Shown here in pieces: positions 40,993 through 50,855 of a stretch of 64,000 nucleotides of DNA. The stretch is from the NCBI GenBank assembly GCA_965220085.1, contig CBDCOZ010000003.1:160001-224000 (forward strand). Direction: 5' to 3'. A program made the position numbers and the translations under genes. The stretch comes from Candidatus Oxydemutatoraceae bacterium (GTDB taxonomy: Bacteria; Pseudomonadota; Gammaproteobacteria; Poriferisulfidales; Oxydemutatoraceae). The number at the start of each line of letters is the position of its first letter. The stretch's first letter is position 1. The notes under the pieces are model-generated. The model did not search any database. It saw only the letters and a program-made list of their open reading frames with translations, and was not told where the DNA came from.

Positions 40993-42177
40993 CTAGGAAT
41001 GCGCGCTTAGCTTTTGCATGAACTTCGCCAGCGAGATGACACGCGTGTCGCTTCCTGCGGGGAATTCGTCATCGCCTCCGTAGACGATGTATCTTTGCAT
41101 CGCTCCGACATCATCGCAAACCCGATTGAAGCGCTTGCCGACTTTCGGCGCGACGCCGTGTTTAATCTCCGCCGCCCATATGTCTGAGTTCGGCATCCTG
41201 ATAACCAGATCAATCTCCGCGCCGGCAGCCGTGCGATAGAAGCAGGTTTGCGCAAGGCGCGGGAGCGCCGAGTGGATGTTCTCAATCGCAAAGCCTTCCC
41301 AGCTTTTGCCGAGTATGGGGTGAGATAGCAGCGCATCATAGGCGCCGACGCCAAGCAGCCGATGCAGTATCCCGCTATTGCGGACATAATAACGCGGCGC
41401 CTTCACCAGCCTCTTTTTGACGTTGGCGCTCCAAGGTTCCACCCGTCGGACGAGCAGCAACTCCGTCAGGATGTCAATGTAGTGATTGACCGTTTTGCGA
41501 TCGACCTCCAAGTTGCTCGCTAACTTGGAGTAATTCGCCGTCTCCCCCTGCAGATGCGCGAGCATAGTCCACAGGCGGCGCAACCTTGTGGCGGCAACCC
41601 GAAACCCCATTTGAGGAACATCCCGTTCCAGATAAGCGCGGATGATATTTTCAAGCCTCTGCATGGCGATGGCATCGCTCTTTGCAAGATAGCTATCGGG
41701 AAGCCCGCCGCGCAGCCATAACTTGCGGACACTATCGGCGCCATCACCCCCTGTTTCCGAAACATTCAACCCGCTCATTTCCAGATAGCTAATGCGCCCG
41801 GTCAGACTCTCGGAGGATTGGCGCAACAAGTCCATAGACGCGGAACCGAGTAGCAAAAACTGTTCGCCTTCCTTGCCCGCCGCGCGATTCTTATCAATCA
41901 CTCCGCGCAATACCGCGAACAAATCCGGCGCGCGCTGAATTTCATCAAGGATGATGAGCTTGTCGTTGTTGTCTCGCAGGAATCGGTTCGGGTCGGCGAG
42001 CTTTGCCAAATCCTCCGGCGACTCAAGGTCGAGGTAAACGGAAGCCTTTTGCTTTGCGATGGCCTGCGCAAGCGTCGTCTTGCCCACCTGACGCGCGCCG
42101 AGCAAGACCACCGCGGGGGTGCGCTCTATCTCGGCTATGCATATGTCGGTTATCTGGCGGCGTATCATGCCTTGCAT
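40993..42177 (-). CDS. AAA_14/DUF4143 ATP-binding protein
   Basis: GARQVGKTT, ILDEIQ, LLGSAS, GGLP, AEIDL...AEIK. Confidence 0.92.
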   Translation of the reverse strand: MQGMIRRQITDICIAEIERTPAVVLLGARQVGKTTLAQAIAKQKASVYLDLESPEDLAKLADPNRFLRDNNDKLIILDEIQRAPDLFAVLRGVIDKNRAAGKEGEQFLLLGSASMDLLRQSSESLTGRISYLEMSGLNVSETGGDGADSVRKLWLRGGLPDSYLAKSDAIAMQRLENIIRAYLERDVPQMGFRVAATRLRRLWTMLAHLQGETANYSKLASNLEVDRKTVNHYIDILTELLLVRRVEPWSANVKKRLVKAPRYYVRNSGILHRLLGVGAYDALLSHPILGKSWEGFAIENIHSALPRLAQTCFYRTAAGAEIDLVIRMPNSDIWAAEIKHGVAPKVGKRFNRVCDDVGAMQRYIVYGGDDEFPAGSDTRVISLAKFMQKLSAHS

Positions 42178-42414
42178 TATGGGAGTTAATCTCCCGAATT
42201 GCAAGGTATGGGTGGGTAGCACATCAGACCAAGACATTATATAGAGTGGAAGCGAGAGCCTGCGGCTACCTTTTGAAGCCGGTTCCGCAACACATGAGAC
42301 AAGACATCAGGCAAGACATTATATAGAGTGTGAAAGCCTTATAGCATCGCACATCCTGGGCAGTCAGCCTTGACGATGCGGTGAATAGCCTCTACAATCG
42401 CCGCAGATATTGCG

Positions 42415-43545
42415 GTGATTATGTGGATACACGAGCATCAAAACTGGCCAAACCTGACTTGGGACACCGAAGCGCTGGCTTCCAAGTTGGCTGACATACG
42501 CCATCGGCAGGGGCGGTTGCTCGGGCGCATGGATGGCATCGGCTTTGAGTTCAAGCGAGAGGCTTGCCTTCGCACGCTGACTGATGATGTGGTGAAGTCG
42601 TCCGCTATCGAGGGCGAGAACCTCAACCCCAAGGAGGTGCGCTCATCGGTTGCCCGCAGGCTGGGGATTGATGTAGCCGGTCTTGTGCCGGCGGGCAGGG
42701 ATGTGGAAGGCGTTGTCGCAATGATGTTAGATGCTACGCAGCAATTTGCAAAGCCGCTGACGAAGGAGCGCATGTTCGCTTGGCATGCGGCGCTGTTTCC
42801 GACAGGGCACAGCGGCATGAACCGGATAACCGTCGGCGGGTGGCGCACATCGGATGCCGATCCCATGCGGGTCGTATCCGGCCCCGTCGGTCGCGAGAAG
42901 ATTCGCTTTGAAGCCCCCGCCGCAAAGCGGCTGGAAAAAGAAATGCGGGTGTTTCTGGACTGGTTTGAAAATGGTCGCAGCGGGCATGACATTGATCCGG
43001 CGCTCAAAGCGGGAGTCGCCCATGTGTGGTTTGTTACCATTCATCCGTTTGCGGATGGGAACGGTCGCATTGCCCGAACCATCGGCGATATGGCGCTTGC
43101 GCGAGCGGACGGCATCCCCGATCGTTTCTACAGCCTGTCGTCCCGGATTGAAGCCGAGCGCAAAGATTACTATGACCGACTGGAAAAGCAACAACGCGGC
43201 ACACCGGAAATCACGGGGTGGCTGGAATGGTTTTTGGATTGCTTGGGACGCGCCATCGACGGCGCCGAGACTTCCCTTGGCAATGTGCTGTTTAAGGTGC
43301 GCCTGTGGGACAGGATTCATCGCGGTCGCGCGCCCGTCAACGAGCGCCAGCGTCTGGTCATCAACCGCATGTTGGAAGACTCCTTTGAAGGGCATATGAA
43401 CACATCGCAGTACGCCCGGCTGGCAAAGTGCTCCAAAGACACGGCGCTCAGGGACATTCAAAGCCTGAAAGAAAGGGGGCTGTTTGCGCAAAATTCCGCC
43501 GGCGGGCGCAGCGCCGGCTACAGGCTGCCTGCGACGCTGCCCTGA
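42415..43545 (+). CDS. Fic family protein (DUF4172 N-terminus)
   Basis: SSAIEGE, HPFADGNGRIAR, C-terminal HTH (TALRDI). Confidence 0.93.
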   Translation: MIMWIHEHQNWPNLTWDTEALASKLADIRHRQGRLLGRMDGIGFEFKREACLRTLTDDVVKSSAIEGENLNPKEVRSSVARRLGIDVAGLVPAGRDVEGVVAMMLDATQQFAKPLTKERMFAWHAALFPTGHSGMNRITVGGWRTSDADPMRVVSGPVGREKIRFEAPAAKRLEKEMRVFLDWFENGRSGHDIDPALKAGVAHVWFVTIHPFADGNGRIARTIGDMALARADGIPDRFYSLSSRIEAERKDYYDRLEKQQRGTPEITGWLEWFLDCLGRAIDGAETSLGNVLFKVRLWDRIHRGRAPVNERQRLVINRMLEDSFEGHMNTSQYARLAKCSKDTALRDIQSLKERGLFAQNSAGGRSAGYRLPATLP

Positions 43546-43780
43546 GATGACGGGCAATTTTGCCCGATAGCCGTATAATCGCTATCATCAATCGCAATAT
43601 CAAAAGCGCTCCAAAGATACGGCGCTCAGGGACATTCAAAGCCTGAAAGAAAGGGGGCTGTTTGCGCAAAATTCCGCCGGCGGGCGCAGCGCCGGCTACA
43701 GGCTGCCTGCGACGCTGCCCTGAGATGACGGGCATTTTTGCCCGATAGCCGTATAATCGCTATCATCAATCGCAACATCA
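43430..43780 (+). repeat. Tandem 178-bp duplication of the fic 3' end and downstream region
   Basis: GCTCCAAAGA.ACGGCGCTCAGG...ATCAATCGCAA at ~43430 and ~43608; few SNPs. Confidence 0.95.
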
Positions 43781-43787
43781 ACGGGGG

Positions 43788-44372
43788 TTGGCAATGGGAC
43801 TGAAAAACACAAAACACGATTACGGCACGATAGCCAAGTGGCTGCATTGGGGAACGGCGCTGCTGTTCTTGGCCGCATACGTCAGCGTTTACTATCGGCA
43901 ATGGTTTACGGAGGAGAAAACTCCGGAGAATTGGACCGCCCTGCAGATACATTTGTCTGTCGGGGTGACCATCGCCGTTGTCGTGGCGTTGCGCATCATC
44001 TGGCGGATGACCAATCGCCTGCCGGCTCCGGAGCCGGGCAACAAGGCGTGGCAACTGATGATACGCGCCGGGCACTACACGCTTTATGCCGTCATGATTC
44101 TGATGCCGATAACGGGCTATATCGGCACCGGCGCGAATACGGAATATTTCTTTCTGTTTGATATTCCGAAGTTTGAGGACACGCAGTTGTTTGCGCTGCT
44201 GGTTCAAGACGGGATGGGCATGACATTCAAAGAGTTTGAAGAGCCCATTGACTTTATTCACAAGGACGTGATGGGCGCGTGGGTGGTTTGGATACTGATA
44301 TTGGGGCATATCGCAGCCGCGCTGTACCACCACTTTGTCAAGAAAGACCGCACCCTGCGCAAGATGACCTGA
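43788..44372 (+). CDS. Cytochrome b561 family protein
   Basis: YGTIAKWLHW, HLSVG, GHYTLY..PITGY, HIAAALYHH. Confidence 0.92.
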   Translation: MAMGLKNTKHDYGTIAKWLHWGTALLFLAAYVSVYYRQWFTEEKTPENWTALQIHLSVGVTIAVVVALRIIWRMTNRLPAPEPGNKAWQLMIRAGHYTLYAVMILMPITGYIGTGANTEYFFLFDIPKFEDTQLFALLVQDGMGMTFKEFEEPIDFIHKDVMGAWVVWILILGHIAAALYHHFVKKDRTLRKMT

Positions 44373-44452
44373 GTTGCCAGCGCTGAGAAGCCGGACGGTG
44401 TTTGGTTTGTTCTTTTGGCGGGGCATGATTTTTTGGCTTCGGGGGCAGCGCC

Positions 44453-45052
44453 ATGTCTGAGATAGCGAAGCCCACCGCGGCAGAGGTGCGCCGGTATCAA
44501 AAGAGGTGGACATCCGACCGGTACTTCCGCGAAGAAAATGCCCTTGATAAGTTGTTCCGGGCATGCCCTCAAAATCGTTGCGTTAAAGATGTTCTGATCA
44601 AAGTCGCTTCGCTCAATGCCCTTTACAGCGCCGGCGTTTTCCCCGACGAATATGTCGAGATTGCGGATATGATTTGCGAACTGGATATTGACGAGAGGTT
44701 AAAAACGGGTTGTCCCGACCTTGTGGAAGACATTGCCAACGGCGCACGGGAGGCTATAAGCAATCTGGAAGGGCCAGGAGGAAGGCCGCGGGGAAGGAGG
44801 TATGCCTTTGCTGCCAAGTACTGTAGCTTTCACAATGAATGTGCCTACCCCATGAGAGACACATTGGTGGCGGACATGCTCAAGAAGTTCAGGCGGCGCG
44901 GGGATGCGGGCTTTGCTTTTAAGAATCGCGAGTTAGACAGCTATCCGGAGTTTCGTGCGGTGGCGGAACGGTTCAGGGAAGCCTACGGACTGACAGAATT
45001 CTCCTTCAGAGAGATTGACCGCTACCTGTGGCTATTGGGGCGCGGGCGCTGA
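44453..45052 (+). CDS. Hypothetical protein (FAAKYCSFH...YPMRD...IDRYLW); on the + strand although the track labels it -
   Basis: ATGTCTGAGATAGCG at 44453 and TGA at 45050-45052 read directly on the given strand. Confidence 0.8.
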   Translation: MSEIAKPTAAEVRRYQKRWTSDRYFREENALDKLFRACPQNRCVKDVLIKVASLNALYSAGVFPDEYVEIADMICELDIDERLKTGCPDLVEDIANGAREAISNLEGPGGRPRGRRYAFAAKYCSFHNECAYPMRDTLVADMLKKFRRRGDAGFAFKNRELDSYPEFRAVAERFREAYGLTEFSFREIDRYLWLLGRGR

Positions 45053-45360
45053 CAGGTGCAACTATAAGTTGCGCACAGATATAACCTAAGTCGTAAAATC
45101 GCTGACATCAGCCAGAATTGGCAATGGGATTGAAAAACACGTCTTGTTGTATCGTTGCTCTGTCAAGAAAGACCGCGCCTTCTTGCAAGACAGCCCGAAC
45201 TGTGGGGCAGGGTGGGTCATAGCGGATGCCTTGTTCGTCTTAACGGGCATTGTGCGGTTGTCCGCAACTAAGGCAGCGGATGACAGACAGCGCACAGCGC
45301 AAGAACTCACGCCAGACTAAACCATCCGAATAAAAAGATAGCAACTAGGATGAAGAGTTT

Positions 45361-45594
45361 TTAGCATTCCTTTTCAGCAAAATTCTTTTTCACATGTTGA
45401 CTTATATATGCACTGAGTCCTTTGCCAAACCGGGCAAGTCTTTGCATTTCTTTGACATGTTCAGGACCTGGCGCAGAGTGGTCGTAGCAGTAAACTGATC
45501 CCTCCTTAAACCGAATCCGTATGAAGTCGTTACCTGCTTCATAGCCCTTCACGCCTGATCTCCCCGAAATATCTTTGTATGGTGTCATTGTCAT
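45361..45594 (-). CDS. Small KTSC-like protein
   Basis: SGVKGYEAG..IRIRFKEGSVYCY...GKGLSAYI. Confidence 0.7.
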   Translation of the reverse strand: MTMTPYKDISGRSGVKGYEAGNDFIRIRFKEGSVYCYDHSAPGPEHVKEMQRLARFGKGLSAYISQHVKKNFAEKEC

Positions 45595-45710
45595 TAGTCC
45601 TCCGATTGTTAGTTTAGCGGCGAATGTAATCTCGGTAATTTATCTTGTGGAAACAATTATAGCGATGCTTTTAATGAGGCTTATGATTATGGGAATATCA
45701 GAGGCACATT

Positions 45711-45960
45711 ATGTTGCGTGTAACACCACCGGAGTTTCGGAAGAATTTTGGCTAATACAAAGAGCTTGCCCGGCGCGAGCCGGTTGGCATCGCCGGCAAT
45801 GGGCGCGAAAGCGTCGTGTTGCTGTCGGCGACAGAGTATCGCGCATTTCTTGAATATAAAAATAGCCGCTATGCTCATCAGGGCAATCTGATTTATCCCA
45901 AGCGATGTTGACATCTTTATGGACGACCGCGCCGATGTGCTGAAAGGCTTGGCTAAGTGA
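45711..45960 (+). pseudogene. Phd/YefM antitoxin remnant
   Basis: MLRVTPPEFRKNFG*YKELARREPVGIAGNGRESVVLLSATEY with an internal TAA. Confidence 0.72.
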
Positions 45961-46017
45961 GCTCTGGCGAGTGCATCACGCATAAAGACGTTTGGTGCTT
46001 TTATGAATTGCGAATTG

Positions 46018-47211
46018 CTAAAAAAAACTATTGCGCATAGCCACGCCTATCTGTGCTGCCAGTACGGGGGGAATGGCATTGCCGACTTGAGTAAATTGCC
46101 GCGCAGTAGAACCGACAAAGACATAATCGTCCGGAAAGGTTTGTAGCCTAGCACATTCTCTAACACTTAAAGTGCGCGGAATTTCAGGGTGTAGATGTGA
46201 ACGACCTCCGCCATTATTACCGCCTGCAATAATTGTTTTAGATGGGACTGAGGGATCAAGTCTGTCTACCCTGCCAAGGGTATCTCTTTTTCCGTAGTCT
46301 AATTGCGAATACCTTATAACAGAAGGTATTTTGTGTTCGCGTATTTCATTATTTGATGCGCCTTTCTTTATTTTTTTTAATGCGTTGCCGGCGCTGATTC
46401 TTTTGTCAGAAGGGGAAAGGTGCTTAAAAGGTCCGGACAGCCTAGAGCCTATAATGAATAAGCGATTTCTATGCTGGGGAACATTAAAATCTGCGGCGTT
46501 CAAGATAAAAGGGCTTTCAATATGATAATCATTTGCCTCTAGGATTTTTATTGCTTTTGTTAACTGTTTTCCATCATCCAAATCGCGCAAACCCGGAACG
46601 TTTTCAATGAGAAAAGCTCTGGGTTTAAATTCTAAAATCAACTTTATAAAATCAAACATTAAATTTCCAGTAGATCTGTTTGAAAACCCTGTCCGCTTGA
46701 AGTTTTTTCCATATTTTGCAAAGCGCTGATTAGCTGCTATGGAAAAAGGCTGACAAGGAGGCCCGCCGACAAAAACGCCTTCATAGGGCGCTTTGATTAA
46801 ACTTTTTAACGTGTTTGCAATGTCTGAAAATTTTGAAACATCTCCGTGATAAGTCGGGGGTCCAAAGACTTTCCAGTCAGGACGATTTTTTCTTAAGGTT
46901 TTGCAAAACACCGCATTAATTTCAAAAGCAGCCGTATGTTTGTACCCGACAGACTCAAGTCCCAAATCAATTCCGCCGCAACCAGAAAAAAAACTGACAA
47001 AGGAAGGGCAAGAGCCAAGTTTTTTTATTTCTGTAAGCTGGGCAGGATGAGATGTTTTGTATCTTTTAGTTTTTGAATTCTTGTAAACCAAGGAATTATA
47101 TGAGAGTCCGACACTTTCTAGCGCATCGCCAAAAGATGCGCCCTCTCTTTGTGCTATTGTTTCAGCTTTTTTTAGCAATTTAATTTGCTTTTCATACATA
47201 TTATCCGCCAT
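46018..47211 (-). CDS. DNA (cytosine-5)-methyltransferase
   Basis: FFSGCGG, GGPPCQPFS, IENV, PQHRNR, RECARLQTFPD, QVGNA. Confidence 0.96.
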   Translation of the reverse strand: MADNMYEKQIKLLKKAETIAQREGASFGDALESVGLSYNSLVYKNSKTKRYKTSHPAQLTEIKKLGSCPSFVSFFSGCGGIDLGLESVGYKHTAAFEINAVFCKTLRKNRPDWKVFGPPTYHGDVSKFSDIANTLKSLIKAPYEGVFVGGPPCQPFSIAANQRFAKYGKNFKRTGFSNRSTGNLMFDFIKLILEFKPRAFLIENVPGLRDLDDGKQLTKAIKILEANDYHIESPFILNAADFNVPQHRNRLFIIGSRLSGPFKHLSPSDKRISAGNALKKIKKGASNNEIREHKIPSVIRYSQLDYGKRDTLGRVDRLDPSVPSKTIIAGGNNGGGRSHLHPEIPRTLSVRECARLQTFPDDYVFVGSTARQFTQVGNAIPPVLAAQIGVAMRNSFF

Positions 47212-48397
47212 AAACAGCTCCGCGAAATTCTGTTTTTATTTTTTCATACGCTTGCTTAGACTCGTCAATGCCAGAGAAATCTTGTCTTTTTTCTTTTCTT
47301 AGCCAGTTGTCGTAATAGCGATGGACTGCGCGGTGACAATTAGGGCAAAGAGGCACTAAATCGTCGAGTATTGTTCCGTCAAGCATGACTCTTGTGCCGG
47401 AAGATAAAGGCATAATATGGTGCAGTTCTAACACACGCTCTGTCCAGGGATATGTTTCATGAGTATCTAAAATGCATAAATCACACAAGACGGCCGGGCG
47501 CTTGCTAAAAAATTCATGTCGCAGTTTGCTATTACGCTCTATTGTTATGTGAGCCTTTTTTATTTTTCTTCCTTCTGTAAAAGCAAAGCCGCTTTCCAAA
47601 GATTCTGTCATTATACTATTGTTGTAATTCAATTCTTCTGCTGTGCTGAGGGAAGAAAAAAGATTTGCTGTTTTTTGTATCCTTTTTTCTCTGTCCTCTT
47701 CTTCTATATATAAACCCTCTAGCGACTCAAAAATTTGTTCTGCGTCTTTTTTTGACAAAGAAATAAACATTCTGTGATTATTGTTTCTTTTTTGAAAATG
47801 AAGGTATGATATTTGTGACATGGCAATTAAGCTTTCGCGCGCTTGTCTGCTCGCTTCCCTGTCAGTTATGAGACTCTTATAATTTGTCGAAGCGTTAACA
47901 ATCTTTATAAATTTATTGTCCTCTTCTTTGCCCGTAAACCCCGTTTTTTCATAAGCCCCTATAATTTCATATAAGTCTGTTCCCTCGTCCTCCCCTCTGA
48001 TAGCTTTGGTTAATAAATACTTCAAAGAGAACAGAAGAGGGTATCTGATTTCTTGGGCGCCTCTTGAGCTAAGCACAAAGGGAGGATCGGTATAAGTCCG
48101 AACGATGAAATGCATGTATTCATCACAAGTTACTTCGCCTGTTTTTGCCAGTATTTTTGCGAACTCGGTAGGGCAAGCAATGCCATTTTCTTCATAAACA
48201 AGAAGCGATGTCTTTAGGATACGAGAATAATTGCGCCATAAACTATGAGTGTCAGGGGATTTGAAAGGCAACCCTGTTTCTCTTTGTGCTGTTTCTTTAT
48301 CTATGCTCCTGATGTCGTAATTCGTAACGAGTCTGGCAATTTGCACGACATTGCCAAATTGAACATAATCTAAACGTCCTGGATCCCAATTCCACAT
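47201..48397 (-). CDS. HNH restriction endonuclease partner of the methyltransferase
   Basis: CDLC...ELHHIMPL...LCPNCHR; overlaps the MTase start; AT-rich. Confidence 0.85.
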   Translation of the reverse strand: MWNWDPGRLDYVQFGNVVQIARLVTNYDIRSIDKETAQRETGLPFKSPDTHSLWRNYSRILKTSLLVYEENGIACPTEFAKILAKTGEVTCDEYMHFIVRTYTDPPFVLSSRGAQEIRYPLLFSLKYLLTKAIRGEDEGTDLYEIIGAYEKTGFTGKEEDNKFIKIVNASTNYKSLITDREASRQARESLIAMSQISYLHFQKRNNNHRMFISLSKKDAEQIFESLEGLYIEEEDREKRIQKTANLFSSLSTAEELNYNNSIMTESLESGFAFTEGRKIKKAHITIERNSKLRHEFFSKRPAVLCDLCILDTHETYPWTERVLELHHIMPLSSGTRVMLDGTILDDLVPLCPNCHRAVHRYYDNWLRKEKRQDFSGIDESKQAYEKIKTEFRGAVYGG

Positions 48398-48699
48398 GTT
48401 TATTTATACGACTCCGATTTCGTTCCTTGATTCTGCCACTCGAGCATGTCAGATGCCCCAAGTCCATATTCGTCACGTTTCCCACGCTTTTATCCACATT
48501 TTTGGCAGTCCGCTTGGTGGGTGGGAGGCCACGCTCAGAGCGTCTTTGAGCGCGCCGCCCCGCACCCGCCTGCACCGGCAGCCATCCCCCAACTAAAAAA
48601 GTTCAACAGAGGCTAAGATGCTATATCATCGCTGATTTCCCCGCCTGCCGCCATTCAATGACGCAATAGGGACGATGGAGGGGAGCTATGGACCGACTA

Positions 48700-48930
48700 G
48701 ATTTCGTATTGCCCATACGCACAAAGCATAACATGGCGGCACAGACGGTGTGCGCGATATAGGGTTGCTTGAATCGGCATTGCCCGCAACCATGCTTTTG
48801 TGGACGGCAATAAGCGCACTGCCTGTGGCGTAGCCGGTTTGTTTCTTTATGCCAACGGATATAAATTGACAGTCGCTGATGCCGACGCGCACATTGCCTT
48901 TTTGAAAGTGTCGCCGCAGGCCATATCACA
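48700..48930 (+). pseudogene. Doc toxin remnant
   Basis: HGGTDGVRDIGLLESAL, then shifted RNHAFVDGNKRTA...FLYANG. Confidence 0.75.
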
Positions 48931-49223
48931 CAAGACGACCTCGCCGCATTTTATTCCGGGAACACCACCCCTGTTGATGAATGAAGGACGGACTTGGGAG
49001 GCGCAATTCAAATCCATTCCATCGCCGGATTGGGCATGCCGATTGACATCGGTGATAGCTTTTGCCGGATTTGGGAAACCTTTGGAATGACACGAATTAC
49101 ACAGCATTTGCCCTGCGTATCCGGAGTGTTTTGGCATCAATGCGCTTTAATGGTAACTTATCAAAGTCATGGCGGTAGGGTTTGCATCGCTTGCTACCGA
49201 ATAACAAGACAGGAGGGTGAAAG

Positions 49224-50012
49224 ATGGCTGACAAAGAATTCGCATTCCTTGACGAGAAACCATTCTCGTGGGGCAAAGTGATTGGCGTAATTTTCTCTTT
49301 GACTATATTTTTGGTTGTGTGCCATATGTTGCGCGAATATTTTTGGAATTCCGGTCCTCTACCGGAGTTCATTGCCGTTCACCCCGGTGAGCCGTGGTCG
49401 CTACCCGCTATCATTTTGAGCAATTTTTTTCATAGCAATATAGATCACCTAGTGCTTAATCTTATACCATTTTGGTTGGTCGGGCTGTGGGCGTTCAAGC
49501 AGGAAAAAGGCGCCGCTATTGAGGGGATGGGTTATGGTGTGGTTTTTGCCGGACTCGCCATATGGCAATTTGGCGAGAGTGGAAGTATGCACTTGGGATT
49601 TAGCGGAGTCGTCTATTCGTTGGTAGGGATACTCATAATCAGTAGCATTCGGATTTTTGGTACTGCCATTGTGCTTCGGATTGGTGGTGTCGCCATTGTG
49701 CTTATATGTCTTGTTGGTTATTATCTTCTCATTGTGCCAACAGGAATACCGACTCTGCGGCTAAGCGGGATATCCGAAGGTATTGCTTGGCAAGGTCATT
49801 TGGGCGGTTTGATAGGCGGGATGTATTCCCAAATCAAAAATCCAAGACATGCGTTGCGGATTCTTGCCGAAGGCAAATGGGTGACTCCAAAAGAGGCGAA
49901 GGTCATTTATGACAGGATATCTCCGTCGCCAGATATTGACGAGGAAGCGGATGACACAAACAAAGAAGCGGACGATACAAACAAAGAGAAACCCGTACCG
50001 CCCGATTCCTGA
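49224..50012 (+). CDS. Rhomboid-family intramembrane serine protease
   Basis: HSNIDHLVLN, GFSG, WQGHLGG; multiple TM. Confidence 0.88.
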   Translation: MADKEFAFLDEKPFSWGKVIGVIFSLTIFLVVCHMLREYFWNSGPLPEFIAVHPGEPWSLPAIILSNFFHSNIDHLVLNLIPFWLVGLWAFKQEKGAAIEGMGYGVVFAGLAIWQFGESGSMHLGFSGVVYSLVGILIISSIRIFGTAIVLRIGGVAIVLICLVGYYLLIVPTGIPTLRLSGISEGIAWQGHLGGLIGGMYSQIKNPRHALRILAEGKWVTPKEAKVIYDRISPSPDIDEEADDTNKEADDTNKEKPVPPDS

Positions 50013-50130
50013 CGCACTAACTTTCGTTACATCACTCCCCCGATGCATCGTCCATGCCTGTCGGCTCGGACTCTGCTACTCCCCATAAGGGGGGATTGTA
50101 GACTTCGCCATCCTCTGACGTATCACATCA

Positions 50131-50631
50131 CTATTGACCGTGAGACTTGCGGTCTTCTCTGGAATCGTAGGTAAAGGTTTCATCCTGATAGATGCCTTGA
50201 TAATTCACTTGCAGGTCAAGGTCATCAACGAAACTAATGTCTTGATTCGTATCGTATTCAAACGATAGCAATTGGAGATCTTCGCCCACCTGCATCGTTG
50301 TACCTGAGGCATATTTCCCGGCGCGCACATTCTTAAATTCTTTTGTTTTGCTTTCTAGAAAATCATCATGGGTTTTCCAGTTGTTACGAGAGACTTCTTT
50401 ACCCTCAAAAAGCAGCACAAAATCTTTGATGATGGCGGGACCAACGCCGCTATTGGCGAGTTGAAGAGTGAAAGAGTTGCCTGTGTCATTTGTCTTTGCT
50501 GTCAAAATCGGACGCACCTTAAGCTGATTATGTTTATAGTTTTGTTGTCCTTGCCAAATAGTTGCGGCAAGAGCGCAGATTGCAACAATGACAGAGGCCA
50601 AAGCGATGGATGTGCTGGGGTCAATTTTCAC
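50131..50631 (-). CDS. Hypothetical protein with N-terminal membrane anchor
   Basis: TM helix followed by HN.LKVRP...NSGVGPAII. Confidence 0.75.
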   Translation of the reverse strand: MKIDPSTSIALASVIVAICALAATIWQGQQNYKHNQLKVRPILTAKTNDTGNSFTLQLANSGVGPAIIKDFVLLFEGKEVSRNNWKTHDDFLESKTKEFKNVRAGKYASGTTMQVGEDLQLLSFEYDTNQDISFVDDLDLQVNYQGIYQDETFTYDSREDRKSHGQ

Positions 50632-50855
50632 TTATTCTTTTGAAGTCATAACAAAACCATCCCTAATGATACACCTAATATTTGTCCCATATGCCCAATA
50701 TGTCATGGCATCATTCGCTTCCCTGTCATGGGTAGCGCCCCCGCATCCTGATTACCCGCTATCCTATACGCGCAACTATGACTTGCGCGTAGGCTTGATA
50801 CTTGCGCTTACATGTGTTCTAATTTGCGCATAGATTTCAGCACCCTCTATATATA

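Noticed and set aside
44453-45052. ORF track strand label '-' for MSEIAKP...
   Set aside because: The translation matches the + strand directly, so it is reported as +
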